A stretch of DNA of 64,000 nt. It comes from Candidatus Enterousia sp. (GTDB lineage Bacteria > Pseudomonadota > Alphaproteobacteria > Rs-D84). This document shows positions 53,793 through 63,256 of the stretch, one piece after another. The position numbers were made by a program, and so were the translations under genes. Location of the stretch: the NCBI GenBank assembly GCA_045613445.1, contig JAZLAZ010000020.1, forward strand, positions 10,433 through 74,432, read 5' to 3'. Within the stretch, counting starts at the first letter, position 1. Every line of letters begins with the position of its first letter. The notes below the pieces were generated by a model. It made no database searches, had not been told where the DNA came from, and was given only the letters and a program-made list of their open reading frames with translations.

Positions 53793-56015
53793 TTATTGTC
53801 GGCAGTATCCCCATTTTGTATTTGCGGATGTTTCTGTATAAAATTCTGATAACAGTTTATCTTTATTGCCGTCTTCGTATGCGGTGCTGACCCATGTGCC
53901 ACCCAAACGTTCACATTCACGTGCCAACTGATTTCCCAAGCCATTGCGTATTTCGTCCATAACAACATTGATATCTTGTAATACGGTGTGTGGTAATGCG
54001 TCGTCGCGTTTGGATGGTCGTATGCATGCATCCGCAGCATAGTTGGCCATTTTGTAATACAGACTGCCTGTGTAATCCAATGGGCATGTAAGTTCTTCTA
54101 TATCGTTCAATGTGGTTGTGCCACCTGTGCAGTAATAACCATCGGGACATTTTATGCATTGACCGGGTGCCACATAGTAAAAACCTGGGTTACAAGATAT
54201 GTAGGTTCGTTTGCAAAGTGTTGTATATTTTGTGTTTTTTGAAGCAATGATAGATGCAGTTGCTTTTTCGCGGTTGCATGTAGGGTTTGATACATATTCT
54301 TGGGCCCCTGGATTATATACACGACAGCCATATGGATATGAATGTAATGTGTCTGTTCCAGGAACAGCGCATAATTCTTTGGCATAGTTTTGCAATGTGC
54401 TTAGACACTGTTGAGCAATTTGTTGTTCGATAATATTTCCCATTGTGTTTACCAAATCTTCTAGACCAACTGTGCCACCGCCGTACAAGTTACTACATGT
54501 GTCCATTTTTTCGCGACACATTGCTTCGGATAATTCCAAACGTGATCCCAGTAATAATGCTTCGTCTGTGTTGCTAAAATCTTTCAAAGATTTGTTTTGT
54601 TCGTCATAACATTGATTGACGACATTTAAGCATTCATCTTTGACCTGACGGATTTTATTTTGCTGGCCTTGATGAATTTCTGTGATTGCTTGGCGCAAAA
54701 ATTCATCCCACACATTGTCTGCAATGTCGCGACATGTGTCCAGTCCACGTTTGGCATAATCACGCATGTTGTTCAATCTGTCAACCAGCAGACGATTTGT
54801 TTGATTCGTCAATAAATCGCCAGATAAAGATGTCTGGGAATCCAATTGAAAAAAGTTCGCAGTATATATCGGTTCGCCAGTTTCATAATTCAAATATCGG
54901 CCTGTAACATCTAAACAGTGTACATAGTCTGTTCCACACGCGGCATTTGATGTGATGTCTTTACGGACCTGGGCGATACATTCGTGTATGGATGAAGAAT
55001 TATGGGCATTATAATTTTCCAGACGTAAATCGCCCATTGTGTACTCTGTGTCACGAATCGTTGCGTTTGCTGCAATCAATTGTTTGTCTAATGTGTTTAT
55101 CAACATTGAACAATCGTTTTCAATATACATTCCATATGCTGTTACAACCATTGTTTGGTTTGCACTATCCGGACAACTGGATGCAACCATTTCAGAACAT
55201 TGGGCGTGTACCGCATTATACAAAGATTCACCAGACAAGTTAGCGATATTTGTTCCGCCCGCCAGATTCGTTGTCGACCATATTGCATTTATGTCACCAG
55301 CGATATCAAGTGTACCCTGGGTGGATAATGATTCTTTTTTTGTTTTTGATAAAACAGCACTTATTCCAGATAGTTGCTTGGCACTGTCTGATTTGTCTTT
55401 TGTTTGTGATTGTGATGTTTCGCCCGCGGTTGCAGAAAGCATTGATTGTACTTCTTTGGCAGACTTATCAATAACAGCCAGATTTAATGATTTGAAATCT
55501 TCCAGTTGATTTGCAGCCTGTGATAATGCGCGTTCGCGTGATTGGATTTCTGTCAGACGCGATGAACAATAACATCTGCGATATGTGTCATTGGCAGTAC
55601 CACAGAATTGATCCATGCATGTAAAATATGCATCACGACATGTTGTATACCTGTCACCCATCTGGGTCGAGATATCAGAAGGTGTTATTGTCGCGCGATT
55701 GGTAATTGTTTTCGTATTGCGTATAACGGTGTTGCGTGGTGATGTATTTTTAGATTGCGTAGAACGTGCAATGTTTGATTTTGTGTTCCGTGCAGTTGTA
55801 TTTGTTATGGTGCGATTTGCACGCATAGAAACTGTATTGCGCTGTGAAGCATTGTTGCGGTTTTTAATATTTTTTTCAATAGCAGTGTTTTGGGCAGTAC
55901 GCGCAGGATTTATGCTGGATGTATTTCGTATAATTGTTTTTTTATCACGAACAGCAGCGTTGGCAACGCCAACACTGATAAGTAGCGCAACAAGAAGTAT
56001 TATTTTCTTCTTCAT
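53793..56015 (-). CDS. Large secreted cysteine-rich protein (P7)
   Basis: ATG 56015 (AAGGGG upstream). Signal peptide MKKKIILLVALLISVGVANA. An Arg/Asn/Thr tract (QRNT, ARNT, PRNT, IRNT). Knot 'CRDAYFTCMDQFCGTANDTYRRCYCS'. 'ACGTDYVHC'. Tail 'CERLGGTW...WGYCRQ'. Confidence 0.8.
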   Translation of the reverse strand: MKKKIILLVALLISVGVANAAVRDKKTIIRNTSSINPARTAQNTAIEKNIKNRNNASQRNTVSMRANRTITNTTARNTKSNIARSTQSKNTSPRNTVIRNTKTITNRATITPSDISTQMGDRYTTCRDAYFTCMDQFCGTANDTYRRCYCSSRLTEIQSRERALSQAANQLEDFKSLNLAVIDKSAKEVQSMLSATAGETSQSQTKDKSDSAKQLSGISAVLSKTKKESLSTQGTLDIAGDINAIWSTTNLAGGTNIANLSGESLYNAVHAQCSEMVASSCPDSANQTMVVTAYGMYIENDCSMLINTLDKQLIAANATIRDTEYTMGDLRLENYNAHNSSSIHECIAQVRKDITSNAACGTDYVHCLDVTGRYLNYETGEPIYTANFFQLDSQTSLSGDLLTNQTNRLLVDRLNNMRDYAKRGLDTCRDIADNVWDEFLRQAITEIHQGQQNKIRQVKDECLNVVNQCYDEQNKSLKDFSNTDEALLLGSRLELSEAMCREKMDTCSNLYGGGTVGLEDLVNTMGNIIEQQIAQQCLSTLQNYAKELCAVPGTDTLHSYPYGCRVYNPGAQEYVSNPTCNREKATASIIASKNTKYTTLCKRTYISCNPGFYYVAPGQCIKCPDGYYCTGGTTTLNDIEELTCPLDYTGSLYYKMANYAADACIRPSKRDDALPHTVLQDINVVMDEIRNGLGNQLARECERLGGTWVSTAYEDGNKDKLLSEFYTETSANTKWGYCRQ

Positions 56016-56081
56016 ACCCCTTCTTATAATATTTAGATATATTTTATCAAAATGTGGTAATTTAGACAAGAAAAATGAGAT

Positions 56082-56105
56082 AAAAAAACCGCAAATTGCG
56101 GTTTC
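56082..56105 (-). terminator. Terminator of infA (minus strand)
   Basis: Read on the minus strand: AAACCGCAATTTGCGGTTT followed by TTTTTAT. Confidence 0.7.
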
Positions 56106-56114
56106 GTATTTTTA

Positions 56115-56357
56115 TTATGCATTTTCTGCATTTGATTTATTTCGTTCAACGAATGTGATGCGTCCCTTGTCCAAATCATAGGGTGTCATTTCGACACGGA
56201 CGCGTTCGCCGACATTGACCCAAATGCGCGCCTTGCGCATTTTGCCACATACAGTCGCCAAAATTTCATGGCCGTTTTCCAATTTTACGCGAAACATAGT
56301 GTTTGGTAATTTATCTTCGACGGTTCCTGAAAAAACAATTACATCATCTTTTGCCAT
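56115..56357 (-). CDS. infA: Translation initiation factor IF-1
   Basis: '[32 protein letters not shown]...[18 protein letters not shown]' is the S1-like IF-1 fold. Confidence 0.95.
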   Translation of the reverse strand: MAKDDVIVFSGTVEDKLPNTMFRVKLENGHEILATVCGKMRKARIWVNVGERVRVEMTPYDLDKGRITFVERNKSNAENA

Positions 56358-56497
56358 AAATAATCCTTCAGATTTATTTGATTTTTCTGCGTTATATAAT
56401 ATGTTGTAATGCGAACAAAATCAAGTTGTTTTTATGTGCTTGCGAAGCAAAAGTTTATTTGATAAAATAAAACATAGTTTATGTAGGGTGGAGTCCG

Positions 56498-58645
56498 ATG
56501 AATTTAAGATTTCTTACAACGTTGTTTGTCTTGTTCCCAGGGATGGTTTTTGGCGCGGTGCGTACAGATGCTGCACGTATTGGTGTGCAACGCGTATCTG
56601 CAGCGGGGGCGCGAATGCCCAGTGGTACATCTGTAAAGGTAAAGGCTGTGGCTGATGTGGCGTCTGAAACCGAGGGTGTTGTTGTCGGTAGTGAAGATTC
56701 TGTTGTCGATGATGTTGTTTTGCCAGATGAACCAGGTGGTATAGGCAATACCAATGATGAAACGAATACTGCGAATTGTCGTGATGCATATCGGACGTGT
56801 ATGGATGAATTTTGCTTATTAGATGAATCCGAAGGTTACAGATGTGCATGTTCTTCAAATATAGAATCTTCAAAATCTTTGATTCAAGAAATTCAAAAAA
56901 TCCAAGAAGAAGCGGATAAATTATATACCGAAGGCGTTGAACGTGAAAACTTGGGGGCTAAAGCCAGACTGGTGTTCGGTGAAAGTGAGGCTGCTAAGAA
57001 AAGTTCCCGTGCATCTGGTTTAAGTTTTTCAGAATGGATAAGTGCGGATTCCGATGTTGATGAATTGGATGCTGATTATGATATTGGTGATAATTTGTAT
57101 GCAATGGCGTCTGAATATTGCGCTGTGGAATTAGAAAATTGTGGTGCCAAAGCAGAGATGGAAGAAATGCTGTATTCGCGTCAGATTGTGTCTGATTGCA
57201 AGGCGTTTAATTTGTATTTGGCAGATCAAAAAACAAATGCGTTGGCGAATAAACGTACTGCGGAATCTGCTGTGCGTCAGGCCAGACTGGCAATGTTGGA
57301 TACTACAAATAAATACAACCGTGGCGAATGTTTGTTAGCGTATCGTGCGTGCGTTGCAGATAAAGGGGGGTGTGGTACAAACTTTGAAAACTGTTTGGAT
57401 GCAGAATTACTGGCGCGTCGTGCAAATGCATGCGAAGGGGTTTTGGATCAATGTATGGCGGTCAGAAAGGATGTTTTGCAAGATTGGGAAGCCGAATCGG
57501 AATCGATATTAGCTGATGCAGAAAAGTATGCAGATAAATATCGTCGTCAGACATGTTTGGCGCAAATACAGGTTTGCTTGGAAGATGGCTGTTCGACATC
57601 AACAAACTCTGCGTGTTTAACAGATGTCAATGTTGCCGCAGGTGTTTGTCCAATTATTGATGAATGTAATGAAATTATCCCAGGATTGAAAACCGTTGTA
57701 AATGACAAGTTGGGTTATTTGCGTACTCAGTTCTGTCAGAATGATATTGACGCGTGTTTGCGCGACAGATGTGGTGAAAACTTTACGGCGCCAGAATGTG
57801 TTGGAAAAACACCAATGGAAATTGTAGAATTGTGCCCACAAAATATGTTCCCATCATGTAAAAATGAAACGCAGTATGATGTTATTGTGTCGGCTGCTGT
57901 GTTGCAGATGGATTATCAAATGATGCAGGGCTGTGTGAACTATTTCAGTGAACAGTTGGGGCGCACATGTGGAACAGATATGGCGTGTTTGGCATCTGAT
58001 TCGACCGTTGCTGCATTAACTGAAATTCCAGAAGATGAACAGGGAATGATTGATTTGCGCAAGACTGTTATTGAAAATTCAAAGGTTGCAGTTGCAGAAT
58101 TCTTTAAGCAGTTTGAACAGGATACAACGGTTGCTGCGTGTCAAGATGCAGAAAAACCAGCAGGTCGTAACAGCCTGGGGACAAGTATCTTTAATACAGC
58201 GAAACTGATTGCGGAAATTGGTGCTGAAAATCGTGCGATGCGTGAACTGGAAACCAAGATTGCAGAACTGTCACGTCAGCAAGATTTAGAGGAAGCTGAA
58301 AAGAATTGTTTGAATACTTACAAGGTTGAGACACCAAATAAATCGGACAAGAATTATAGTTATATCAGAAGTGTATCGTTTGAGCCAAGTTTGCGTAACT
58401 GTCATGTGTGCCGTATGCAACAGGTTTGTGAAACAGGCGGTGAATCCAAGGCGGCATCTGCATTAAAGGCTGCATCTGGTGGATTGACGGCGGGCGCATC
58501 TGCAGGTACAATGGTCAGCCCAGGTTGGGGGACCGCCATCGGTGGTGTTGTTGGTGCTGTCGGTATGGGTGTTATGGGTGCAATGTCTGGTGGTGAAAAA
58601 GAATTCTGTCAACAGATTGAGTCTTGTGAAGATATCAATATGTAA
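56498..58645 (+). CDS. Large secreted cysteine-rich protein (P8)
   Basis: Signal peptide MNLRFLTTLFVLFPGMVFGA. Knot 'CRDAYRTCMDEFCLLDESEGYRCACS'. Modules CLLAYRACVADKGGCGTNFENC and CQNDIDACLRDRCGENFTAPEC. 'CHVCRMQQVCET', then the zipper GLTAGASAGTMVSPGWGTAIGGVVGAVGMGVMGAMSGG, ending in 'CQQIESCEDINM'. Confidence 0.85.
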   Translation: MNLRFLTTLFVLFPGMVFGAVRTDAARIGVQRVSAAGARMPSGTSVKVKAVADVASETEGVVVGSEDSVVDDVVLPDEPGGIGNTNDETNTANCRDAYRTCMDEFCLLDESEGYRCACSSNIESSKSLIQEIQKIQEEADKLYTEGVERENLGAKARLVFGESEAAKKSSRASGLSFSEWISADSDVDELDADYDIGDNLYAMASEYCAVELENCGAKAEMEEMLYSRQIVSDCKAFNLYLADQKTNALANKRTAESAVRQARLAMLDTTNKYNRGECLLAYRACVADKGGCGTNFENCLDAELLARRANACEGVLDQCMAVRKDVLQDWEAESESILADAEKYADKYRRQTCLAQIQVCLEDGCSTSTNSACLTDVNVAAGVCPIIDECNEIIPGLKTVVNDKLGYLRTQFCQNDIDACLRDRCGENFTAPECVGKTPMEIVELCPQNMFPSCKNETQYDVIVSAAVLQMDYQMMQGCVNYFSEQLGRTCGTDMACLASDSTVAALTEIPEDEQGMIDLRKTVIENSKVAVAEFFKQFEQDTTVAACQDAEKPAGRNSLGTSIFNTAKLIAEIGAENRAMRELETKIAELSRQQDLEEAEKNCLNTYKVETPNKSDKNYSYIRSVSFEPSLRNCHVCRMQQVCETGGESKAASALKAASGGLTAGASAGTMVSPGWGTAIGGVVGAVGMGVMGAMSGGEKEFCQQIESCEDINM

Positions 58646-58669
58646 TTTAGTTAAAATTTGGAGAGAGAA

Positions 58670-61159
58670 ATGTCCACAAAGAAATTATCTGTGATTTGTT
58701 CTGTAATTGCAATGATGGCGGTTTTGCCACATTGCGATTCGTTTGCAGCAACAAAAAAAGCAAGTAAACAATCTGCAATCCAAACAGGTACCAAAGTTCG
58801 TACAAAAGTAGAAGTTAGTGGATTGTATGATCAAGAATGCTACGATGCGTATTATGGTTGTATGGATTCTTTCTGTATTTCCGATAATGAAAATGGGGGC
58901 AGTTGTACGTGTAGTGATTTGAACGCACAGTATGAAAAAGATTTGTTGGAAATAAAAGATCTGTTGGATAAAGCAGAACATATCAAAACAGTCGAAGTTG
59001 AAAAAGTACAGGCTGGTGCAAATGCAGATATTATATTTGGTAATGGTGAACGTGAATATGACGAGGATGGTAATATTGTCGATTTAGATAAGAAGGAAAA
59101 AAAGCAGAAAAGACAAGACTTGTTGTCTATGTGGGATGCTGCAATCGAAGAAGAGGAAGATGAAATCGATATTTCTGATTTAGTTGGTGCATCATTGTAT
59201 GAAGCGGCACAAGATTTATGTCATGAACAGATTCCTGTAAAATGTGAAAAGGACTTTGCTTTTTTAACACAGGTTTATAAACGTCAGATTACATCAGATT
59301 GTAAAGGTTTCCAAAATACTATCACACAAAAAAGGGCAGAAGCCGAAGCAGAACTGGCCAGTGCCGAAGCAGATGTTCGTTCTGCATTGAAAGATTCGTT
59401 GAATGCGGCGAACAAGTACGATTTGGGCACATGTATGGTTGAATTCAAAAAGTGTATGATGACGGATGATGCATGTGGTAAAGACTGGATGGGGTGTGTT
59501 TCGACAATCGCAGATGTCAATATGCAGGGGATCAACGAATCTACTGTGTTTAACAGTTCAAATATGAAAAAGTCTGCACAAAAAGCGTTGGACGCCAGTG
59601 CATATGGAATTGCTGCATCAACAATGGAAGGTTTGGATTCAAAACGTATTATTTGTGAACGTGTTCTGAATCAATGTGTTGCAGTACGTGATCAAGTGTG
59701 GCCAGCATTTATTCGTGAAGCAGCGCCAACAATAAAGGTCGCAGAATTAAATGCAGAATCAAAGATGCGCCAATCTTGTTTAACAAATATTTCAAATTGT
59801 ATTCAAAAAGCATGTAAAGACGATATCGCGGGCAAGGGTGTTGATACAATGGATGCGTGTTTGGCACGTCCAGATATGGCACGCAGTTTCTGTAAGGTTG
59901 AATTAGAACCATGTGAAAAAATGGAACCACAAATTTGGTCTTATGTAACAGATAAATTGGCGGCAATGCGTGTTGATGCATGTACCGAAGAAGTGAAAAA
60001 TTGTTTTACTGCTGAAAACCGTTGTGGCAAGAATTTTGAAAACTGTATCGGCATGGACTATGAGTATATTCATGACATTTGCCCAATTGATACATTGGTT
60101 GTTTGTAAACAGGGAAATCCAAACTTTTCTATGTCAGATTTGGATTCTATGTTGATGGGGTTGTATCTGAATGTTGATAATTCTGCATTGGATAATTGTC
60201 AGGCACTGGTTGATGCAAAAATGACCGAAGTTTGTGGTAGCTTGACGGACTGTAATCGTTTTGCATCTGATGATGTTATTGGAACAAATTCTTTGCGTTC
60301 TGTCAAAGATGGTACAACATATCGTGTAACAGGTATGATTTCATTTGGTTCAATTAAAATGGGTGATGCGACAGGTGTTAAAGATGGTGAAGCAATATTG
60401 GGACCTGGTGAAATTGGTGTCGCTGATTATATTGCACAAATAAAAGAAAAGAATGCGAATGTCAAAGATGCAGACGCTGTTATCGCAACAATCGAAGATG
60501 AATTAAACAATATATCTGGTACAATCAATCGTACAATTGCGATGATTGAACAGGACCCAGAAATTCAATATTGTGTTGCAGGTCGCAGCTTAAAGAATAT
60601 AACAGGTAACGATGAAATGACCGAAGCACGTTTCCCAAATCTTTTGAATTCAATTAAAACACAGATTGCTGTATCTGCACTGCGTCAGGCACAAAATAAC
60701 TATAACAAGAAATTTACAGAAGAAGTATCCAAGGCAACTGCGGATGCATCATTGGATGTGGCGCAGTATATGTGTCAAAAAGCAGCGCAACAGGGTGTGA
60801 CAGATATCACAACACCACAAACAGATTTAATTGAAAATTATGCAATCAGTTACGATGTTGGTACGGGACTGAATCAAAAAGATTTGACCACTGGCGGTTC
60901 CAAGATAACAGATTTGGGTGGTGTAAAGTTCAGTAATGCTGGGTATTTGGGGAATAAAGATGCTGCCACTGAATTAAATGCTGGTCAAAAGGAAACGACA
61001 GCGATATTTAGTCGTGAAACACGTATTTGTCGTATTTGTACAACGACATTTACACAGAGTTGCAAGACCAAGGGCAGCAAGTCGTGGTTCCACAATAACA
61101 GAAATGTTGAATGTGAAGCAGCAGCCCCGATTGAAAATTGTCAAGATATACAAATGTAA
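58670..61159 (+). CDS. Large secreted cysteine-rich protein (P9), closest paralog of P1
   Basis: ATG 58670 (GGAGAGAG upstream). Knot 'CYDAYYGCMDSFCISDNENGGSCTCS'. Modules CMVEFKKCMMTDDACGKDWMGC and CTEEVKNCFTAENRCGKNFENC. 'LAAMRVDAC' and 'CLTNISNCIQKACKDD' are shared with P1. Tail 'CRICTTTFTQSCKT...ENCQDIQM'. Confidence 0.85.
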   Translation: MSTKKLSVICSVIAMMAVLPHCDSFAATKKASKQSAIQTGTKVRTKVEVSGLYDQECYDAYYGCMDSFCISDNENGGSCTCSDLNAQYEKDLLEIKDLLDKAEHIKTVEVEKVQAGANADIIFGNGEREYDEDGNIVDLDKKEKKQKRQDLLSMWDAAIEEEEDEIDISDLVGASLYEAAQDLCHEQIPVKCEKDFAFLTQVYKRQITSDCKGFQNTITQKRAEAEAELASAEADVRSALKDSLNAANKYDLGTCMVEFKKCMMTDDACGKDWMGCVSTIADVNMQGINESTVFNSSNMKKSAQKALDASAYGIAASTMEGLDSKRIICERVLNQCVAVRDQVWPAFIREAAPTIKVAELNAESKMRQSCLTNISNCIQKACKDDIAGKGVDTMDACLARPDMARSFCKVELEPCEKMEPQIWSYVTDKLAAMRVDACTEEVKNCFTAENRCGKNFENCIGMDYEYIHDICPIDTLVVCKQGNPNFSMSDLDSMLMGLYLNVDNSALDNCQALVDAKMTEVCGSLTDCNRFASDDVIGTNSLRSVKDGTTYRVTGMISFGSIKMGDATGVKDGEAILGPGEIGVADYIAQIKEKNANVKDADAVIATIEDELNNISGTINRTIAMIEQDPEIQYCVAGRSLKNITGNDEMTEARFPNLLNSIKTQIAVSALRQAQNNYNKKFTEEVSKATADASLDVAQYMCQKAAQQGVTDITTPQTDLIENYAISYDVGTGLNQKDLTTGGSKITDLGGVKFSNAGYLGNKDAATELNAGQKETTAIFSRETRICRICTTTFTQSCKTKGSKSWFHNNRNVECEAAAPIENCQDIQM

Positions 61160-61161
61160 AT

Positions 61162-61189
61162 AAAAATTCCCCGTACGGGGAATTTTTTA
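61162..61189 (+). terminator. Terminator after P9 (AAAAATTCCCC-GTAC-GGGGAATTTTTT)
   Basis: Perfect stem plus T-run. Confidence 0.85.
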
Positions 61190-61225
61190 TCATATAATTG
61201 TCTTGATATGTTGGGGGAATGGTAA

Positions 61226-61255
61226 GAAAAATCGGGGATAACCCCGATTTTTTTA
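61226..61255 (-). terminator. Terminator of the acyl-CoA ligase gene (AAAAATCGGGG-ATAA-CCCCGATTTTTTT)
   Basis: Perfect stem with A/T runs on both sides. Confidence 0.8.
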
Positions 61256-62845
61256 ATTTTCTGCACGGGTAAATGCGCCGTGGTTTAACATATCGCGAAC
61301 TGCAAAGTGTTTTACCTTTTTTGCAGATGTCGATGGTAATTCTTCTTCGGTAATTGCAAAGTGTTTAACCCACTTGTACTGTGCAATCGCCAAATTTGAC
61401 TTTTTTAACAGTAACGCAACACGTTCAACCGTGACACCTGGCTTTACTTGAAATACAGCAAATGGAACGATTTTGTCTTTGATTACATATTCAAATACAG
61501 CAGCGTTCAAGATTTCATCGTTTTGCATATATAAATCTTCCAGTTCGTCTGGATAAACGTTTTTGCCACTGTCCAGAACGATAACTTGTTTCATGCGCCC
61601 CTTTACTTGCAGACGACCGTATTTGTCCAAACAGCCAATATCGCCTGTCTTGAACCAGCCGTCTTCGAATGCTTCGGCATTGGCAGTGTCATTTTCCAAA
61701 TATCCTGGCATAACCATATTGCCGCGAACCCAAATTTCACCAATTCCATGCTTATCAGGATTGTGAATTTGGATTTCGTTGCCCAGCAGTGGACCGGCAT
61801 AATACATTGAACCGTTTGCTCTGCGGAACGCAAAGTTAAAGTTCGCAGGTCCCGTGGTTTCCGTCAGACCATAACAATCACCAACAACAAATCCCATCTT
61901 TTCATAGAATTTGCGAATTGATGGTTTTAATGTTGCACCTGCAGATACCAAAACCTTGGTATTTCCACCAAATGCATCATGTACAGGCTTTGTAACTTTG
62001 TCTACGATAACCCCCAGTCCAATTGCACGCAATATTTTGCGCATCGATACAACAATGCGCATCAATGTCCATGCGTGTTTGTCTTTGGCAGTATCTACGA
62101 TTTTCTTATAAAATACTTCCCAGATACGTGGAACTGCTGGAATAACTTCTGGTTTATATTGCTTAAAGTCTTTGATGAATTCTTGTGGTTTCAGTACAGG
62201 TTGTAACAACAATTTACCTTGTAATGAAACAGGTACAATTATGTTTATAACGACACCGTATATATGATACAGCGGCAAGAAACCGTAAAATGTATAACCC
62301 GGGAGAATAACATCTTTATAGAATTGTGCGCCATCGGACAATGATAACAGATTTTCATGTGTCAGACCTACAACTTTGGGATTGCCTGTTGAACCGGATG
62401 TAAATGACAGTTGCGCAATATCACTGCGTTCTGTGTCCGCCATTACAAATTCGTTTTCATCTGTATCATCAATGTTTTCGATATCGAACATTTCACATGG
62501 TGCATCTTCGATGAAATAGTGTTTTTGTGCCATTACCAATTTACAATCAGTGCGTTTCATCATATTGATGTGTTCTGTGGTTTGTAAACCTGTATCTAAC
62601 ATCAATGCGCGTGCACCCTGGGATGTAATGGCAAAATATGTACGCAAAAAGTCAGGTGTGTTCCCAGACAATATTGCAACAGTATCGCCTTTTTTTATTT
62701 TGAAACGTTTCGCCAATAAAACGGCGCGTTGTTTTACTTTTTTTAATAATTCTGCATATGTTTCGTTCTGCCTGACAAAGAAAATACCGTCTTTGTTCCG
62801 TGAACATACATCTTGCAGCATTTCATATATGTTTTTAGCAATCAT
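61253..62845 (-). CDS. AMP-dependent synthetase/ligase (long-chain fatty acid-CoA ligase-like)
   Basis: 'LSFTSGSTGNPKVV' (AMP-binding), 'GDCYGLTETTG' and 'DGWFKTGDIG'. Start at ATG 62845 or 62893 is unresolved. Confidence 0.8.
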   Translation of the reverse strand: MIAKNIYEMLQDVCSRNKDGIFFVRQNETYAELLKKVKQRAVLLAKRFKIKKGDTVAILSGNTPDFLRTYFAITSQGARALMLDTGLQTTEHINMMKRTDCKLVMAQKHYFIEDAPCEMFDIENIDDTDENEFVMADTERSDIAQLSFTSGSTGNPKVVGLTHENLLSLSDGAQFYKDVILPGYTFYGFLPLYHIYGVVINIIVPVSLQGKLLLQPVLKPQEFIKDFKQYKPEVIPAVPRIWEVFYKKIVDTAKDKHAWTLMRIVVSMRKILRAIGLGVIVDKVTKPVHDAFGGNTKVLVSAGATLKPSIRKFYEKMGFVVGDCYGLTETTGPANFNFAFRRANGSMYYAGPLLGNEIQIHNPDKHGIGEIWVRGNMVMPGYLENDTANAEAFEDGWFKTGDIGCLDKYGRLQVKGRMKQVIVLDSGKNVYPDELEDLYMQNDEILNAAVFEYVIKDKIVPFAVFQVKPGVTVERVALLLKKSNLAIAQYKWVKHFAITEEELPSTSAKKVKHFAVRDMLNHGAFTRAEN

Positions 62846-62963
62846 AATAATGCCTTTGTTTAAGTTGTAACTATATGTACCACCGTGGTACATACAACTA
62901 TGAATATACTGACATTTAGTAAGAAAAACAACCTAAAACTATCGATTCGAAAAATGACAAAAA

Positions 62964-62979
62964 ATACAATATATAGTGT
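62964..62979. promoter_or_regulatory. NrdR-box-like palindrome (distal)
   Basis: ATACAATATATAGTGT matches the published consensus acaCwAtATaTwGtgt at 15 of 16 positions. It is flanked by the inverted repeat TCGATTCG / CGAATCGA. Confidence 0.5.
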
Positions 62980-63183
62980 CGAATCGAAAATATTTAATCA
63001 ATATTTTGTAAAAAATGCTGTTTGCGAATCGTTGAAAAGGTTTTTCTTTGATACAAAATAGGTATTGGTGCAAAAATACCGATTCTGTTTTTTCGCTGTA
63101 ATACGCAGAAATGTAATGTTCATAAAATGTAAAGAGAAAAATAAGAAAAAATATTCTTTTTCTGTATTGCGGTTAAATAAATA

Positions 63184-63199
63184 AAACTATATATTGTTA
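63184..63199. promoter_or_regulatory. NrdR box (proximal pair, upstream member)
   Basis: AAACTATATATTGTTA matches the consensus at 13 of 16 positions. Confidence 0.5.
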
Positions 63200-63216
63200 T
63201 CAAATCAACAAAACAA

Positions 63217-63232
63217 TCACTATATGTTGTGT
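63217..63232. promoter_or_regulatory. NrdR box (proximal pair, downstream member)
   Basis: TCACTATATGTTGTGT matches at 14 of 16 positions. It lies 33 bp from the previous box (about 3 helical turns) and 25 nt upstream of the nrdD ATG. Confidence 0.55.
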
Positions 63233-63256
63233 TTTTACAAGGATTGGAGTTATAAA

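Noticed and set aside
55615-56181. 188-aa plus-strand ORF overlapping the 5' part of P7 and the infA terminator
   Set aside because: It is antisense to the Arg/Asn/Thr tract of P7. It would run through a terminator and into infA antisense, and it has no homology signal.
12431-61189. The repeated AAAAATCCCC...GGGGATTTTT units as a CRISPR array or other tandem repeat
   Set aside because: The copies are kilobases apart, each at a gene end, and palindromic with T-runs. They behave as terminators. No regularly spaced repeat-spacer array and no cas genes were seen anywhere in the window.
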